A stretch of DNA of 64,000 nucleotides from contig JAZSKX010000018.1 of assembly GCA_045535075.1 (NCBI GenBank), positions 288,001-352,000 of the forward strand, written 5' to 3'. Origin of the DNA: Candidatus Spyradenecus sp. (GTDB lineage: Bacteria > Verrucomicrobiota > Verrucomicrobiia > Opitutales > UBA953). Below the pieces are notes generated by a model. The model saw only the letters and a program-made list of their open reading frames with translations. It was not told where the DNA came from and did not search any database. Both the position numbers and the translations under genes were made by a program. This document shows positions 61,596 through 64,000 of this stretch, piece after piece; positions within the stretch are counted from its first letter, which is position 1; the number at the start of each line of letters is the position of its first letter.

Positions 61596-61796
61596 TTTCG
61601 GGGGAAGCTGAACGATTAAAACGCCGTAAAAAAATGCCGCGCTTCCCGTCAAAACGCAACGCCGAAAGACAAATTAAACACATCGCCCGCCAAACTTCCG
61701 ACGACCCTGAAATTAAAGATGCGGCGGAAGAAAAAAACACCGGCAAGCGAAACTTAGTTTTGCGTTCCCGCGAGCGGCGCTGTTTGATTTCCGTCT

Positions 61797-63587
61797 GTGA
61801 AAAAAATAATTTCTTCCGCGATTCTAATGGCATCTATCGTTTTCCCCAGCCCGGACTCTTACGGGCAGAATGTTCCCGCGCAACCCTCGCCTGCCGCCTC
61901 CAACCCGCAACCGACAGCCGGCGGCGACTTCATCAACCTGCTCTTGCTTGCGGACCTTGCGCTGTATTCATACCCGGACGACATTCGAGACTGCGCCGGG
62001 CGGCTTGTCGAACGCGCAGAAGCCATTCCCGATCCCGCGTTGCGGCGCCTCATTGTTTTCTCGCTCTCAAAAATCATTAACGCCCCCGAGAAAGCGGAGG
62101 AAGCGCGGCGGGAACACATGACAAAAATCGGGCAGCATTTTTTTGAAGTCGCCGCAACCGCGCGCAAGGGCAATCGCGACGAAGACGCGCTCGCTGCCGT
62201 ACAAATCGCGCTCAAATGCGCTCCCGGCAACGCTGAAGCCCGCATGCTTTTTGCTTCGCTCATTGAGCCGAAAGCCGCGCTCCAAACACTTCATTACGGC
62301 ATTCGATTTCTTGATTTAACTACGGATGTCGCGCCGGCTTATTTCAATCGCTACTTCGGCGCGCTTGCCGATTTGCAACAGGACCGCATCGCCGCCAAAC
62401 AGGCCCTGGCGCTACTCGACGGCAAAAAATCCAACGGCAAACCGGCGCTCCCGCCCGCCGTCCGAACCGTCGTCGCCAATCATGCGGCAATGGCGCTCTT
62501 TTGGCTCGGCGAATACGACGCGGCACTGAAAATAATTGAAAGCGAAAAAATCTCCGAAACGCAGCAGGGACTGATTCTGAAATCACGCTGCCTTTTCGAC
62601 CTGCGGCGTTCCCGTGAGGCAATCGCGTTGCTCAGCGGCAAGGTTAATGATTTCCCCGCGTCGAAACGCGACGTTATTTTGTCCCAACTGGCGCATTTCC
62701 ACCAATACCTGGGAGACTTGGACGCCGCTTTGGAAACCGCGAACCGCCGCATCGAAGAGAATCCGACCGCATCGCAACCGTACCTTCATCGCCTTTACCT
62801 GCTCAATAAGCTCGGGAAAAAAGACGCCTTCAACGAAGAACTTGCCGCCGTTTTTAAAACTTTTTCGGCACAACAATCCGCGTTGATTTCGTTGGCAAAT
62901 TTCTCCGCAGAAAACGGGAATCCCGCAATCGCGGAAACCTGCACGGCAATTGCCGTCGAAAAAAAGTTTCCGCCGAACATTTTTGTCGCCGCAACAATCG
63001 AAGCTTTCGTTACCGCAAAAATGCCGGAACAGGCAATCGACACTTATCAGAAAATTTCCAAGGCCTCGCCGAAAATGCTCGAAGGCATGGAATCCGCAAC
63101 AACGGCAATTCTTGCCGCCGCCTACACGCTCGCTGCCGAAAAAGCAGGCGACGATGCGGAAAATCGGACGCGTTTTGAAAGCCACGCCGATTTGTTGCTC
63201 GGACAATTCCTCGACGACACAACTCTCTCCCCGGAAAACTATATTTCCGTGAGTGCGCTTTTTGAACGCATCGGGCAAAACGAAACGGCGTTGAAAGTCG
63301 CTCGCTTCGGGCTCGCCGCGTTCCCGTGGCACGCACAGCTCCGCGCCAACACGATTATCCTGCGAATTCGTTGCGGGCAAATTGCGGGAACACGCGAGCA
63401 GACGCCGCTCTCAAAAGAAATTCGCGTCCTCGCCGGAATGCGTCGCCCGAACCCGAAAGTTTGGAGCATTGTCGCGCAATGGCTTGAAGCGACAAACCCG
63501 CTCTCGCAAAGCGAAATCGACACACTCAGGAAAATCGTCGCTCCGCTCGTCCGCGATGATTTGAGCTTGGAAATGGTCCGCGAATAG
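61797..63587 (+). CDS. secreted TPR-like protein
   Basis: GTG start, signal peptide, Ala-rich helical repeats. Confidence 0.75.
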   Translation: MKKIISSAILMASIVFPSPDSYGQNVPAQPSPAASNPQPTAGGDFINLLLLADLALYSYPDDIRDCAGRLVERAEAIPDPALRRLIVFSLSKIINAPEKAEEARREHMTKIGQHFFEVAATARKGNRDEDALAAVQIALKCAPGNAEARMLFASLIEPKAALQTLHYGIRFLDLTTDVAPAYFNRYFGALADLQQDRIAAKQALALLDGKKSNGKPALPPAVRTVVANHAAMALFWLGEYDAALKIIESEKISETQQGLILKSRCLFDLRRSREAIALLSGKVNDFPASKRDVILSQLAHFHQYLGDLDAALETANRRIEENPTASQPYLHRLYLLNKLGKKDAFNEELAAVFKTFSAQQSALISLANFSAENGNPAIAETCTAIAVEKKFPPNIFVAATIEAFVTAKMPEQAIDTYQKISKASPKMLEGMESATTAILAAAYTLAAEKAGDDAENRTRFESHADLLLGQFLDDTTLSPENYISVSALFERIGQNETALKVARFGLAAFPWHAQLRANTIILRIRCGQIAGTREQTPLSKEIRVLAGMRRPNPKVWSIVAQWLEATNPLSQSEIDTLRKIVAPLVRDDLSLEMVRE

Positions 63588-63640
63588 GAAACAAAGCCGT
63601 TCGCTCCCGCTGCTTGCGACTAACTTAATCCCTCCCGCTC

Positions 63641-64000
63641 GTGGACAATTCCGTCAACCTCACATTCTTTTCGCATCCGGAAATCGTACTTGATTATGCG
63701 CGGGCAGCGATAAATGTCGGGCTGTGGAATTCCGAAAAACAACTCTACAAAACATTCATTGCCCGGGACGCCGAAATCCTCGAACTCGGCGCCGGCGCCG
63801 GGCGCGTCTCCCTCGGGCTTGTACGCGAAGGATATTCAAAAATCACCGTTACGGATTTCGCACCGCCGATGGTTGAAATCGCACAAACGATTTTTGAAGA
63901 CGCCGCAATTCCGGCAAATGCAAGCATTCGTTTCGCCGTCGAGGACGCCACGCAGATTTCGTTCCCGCAAAACAGCTTCGACGCCGTCATCTTCGCATTC
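63641..64000 (+). CDS. class I SAM-dependent methyltransferase, runs off the window
   Basis: Manual translation from GTG 63641: ILELGAGAGRV...TDFAPPMVE...EDAT...SFDAVIF. Confidence 0.8.
   Translation, partial: MDNSVNLTFFSHPEIVLDYARAAINVGLWNSEKQLYKTFIARDAEILELGAGAGRVSLGLVREGYSKITVTDFAPPMVEIAQTIFEDAAIPANASIRFAVEDATQISFPQNSFDAVIFAF

Larger units (their letters stand above)
1..64000. repeat. dispersed hyper-abundant motif CGGGAAC(G)/(C)GTTCCCG
   Basis: 16 copies in the first 2.85 kb, starting near 8, 70, 321, 564, 842, 1367, 1425, 1575, 1834, 2091, 2168, 2286, 2501, 2632, 2698 and 2804; it continues through the window on both strands. Confidence 0.95.

Noticed and set aside
1..64000. CRISPR array, since GTTCCCGC/GCGGGAAC resembles parts of type I repeats
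   Set aside because: No 25-40-nt repeats at regular spacing, copies lie inside ordinary genes, and no cas genes are present.
1..64000. Motif as a Chi- or KOPS-like polar signal
   Set aside because: Both orientations are interleaved at similar frequency, whereas Chi and KOPS are strongly strand-biased within a replichore.
63641..64000. Methyltransferase as the enzyme recognising the motif
   Set aside because: The visible part looks like a small-molecule class I methyltransferase. No DPPY/NPPY or PC motif is seen, and the gene is truncated.

Overview
Core-genome window of a bacterium, most likely Verrucomicrobiota/Opitutales. This assignment is inferred from the PEP-CTERM tail style, fusA-rpsJ without tuf, and the secY-map-rpsM order. 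The window holds the full str-S10-spc-alpha ribosomal cluster (22.2-40.7 kb) flanked by housekeeping genes (trmB, prfA, tyrA, rplU/rpmA, corA, thyA/folA, hemC/D, gltX, typA, uvrA-like, tmk, purB, argG) and several envelope/secreted proteins. No rRNA, tRNA, CRISPR array, transposase or integrase was recognised. The strongest unexplained signal is a non-palindromic motif, CGGGAAC(G)/(C)GTTCCCG. It is hugely over-represented on both strands, inside and between genes. It forms inverted pairs in many intergenic terminator hairpins, is thinner in the ribosomal cluster, and leaves a visible imprint on protein sequences. This is the behaviour of DNA-uptake sequences in Neisseriaceae/Pasteurellaceae, but with a different sequence and in a lineage where I know of no such system. 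Counts are manual tallies, and many start codons are my best judgement.
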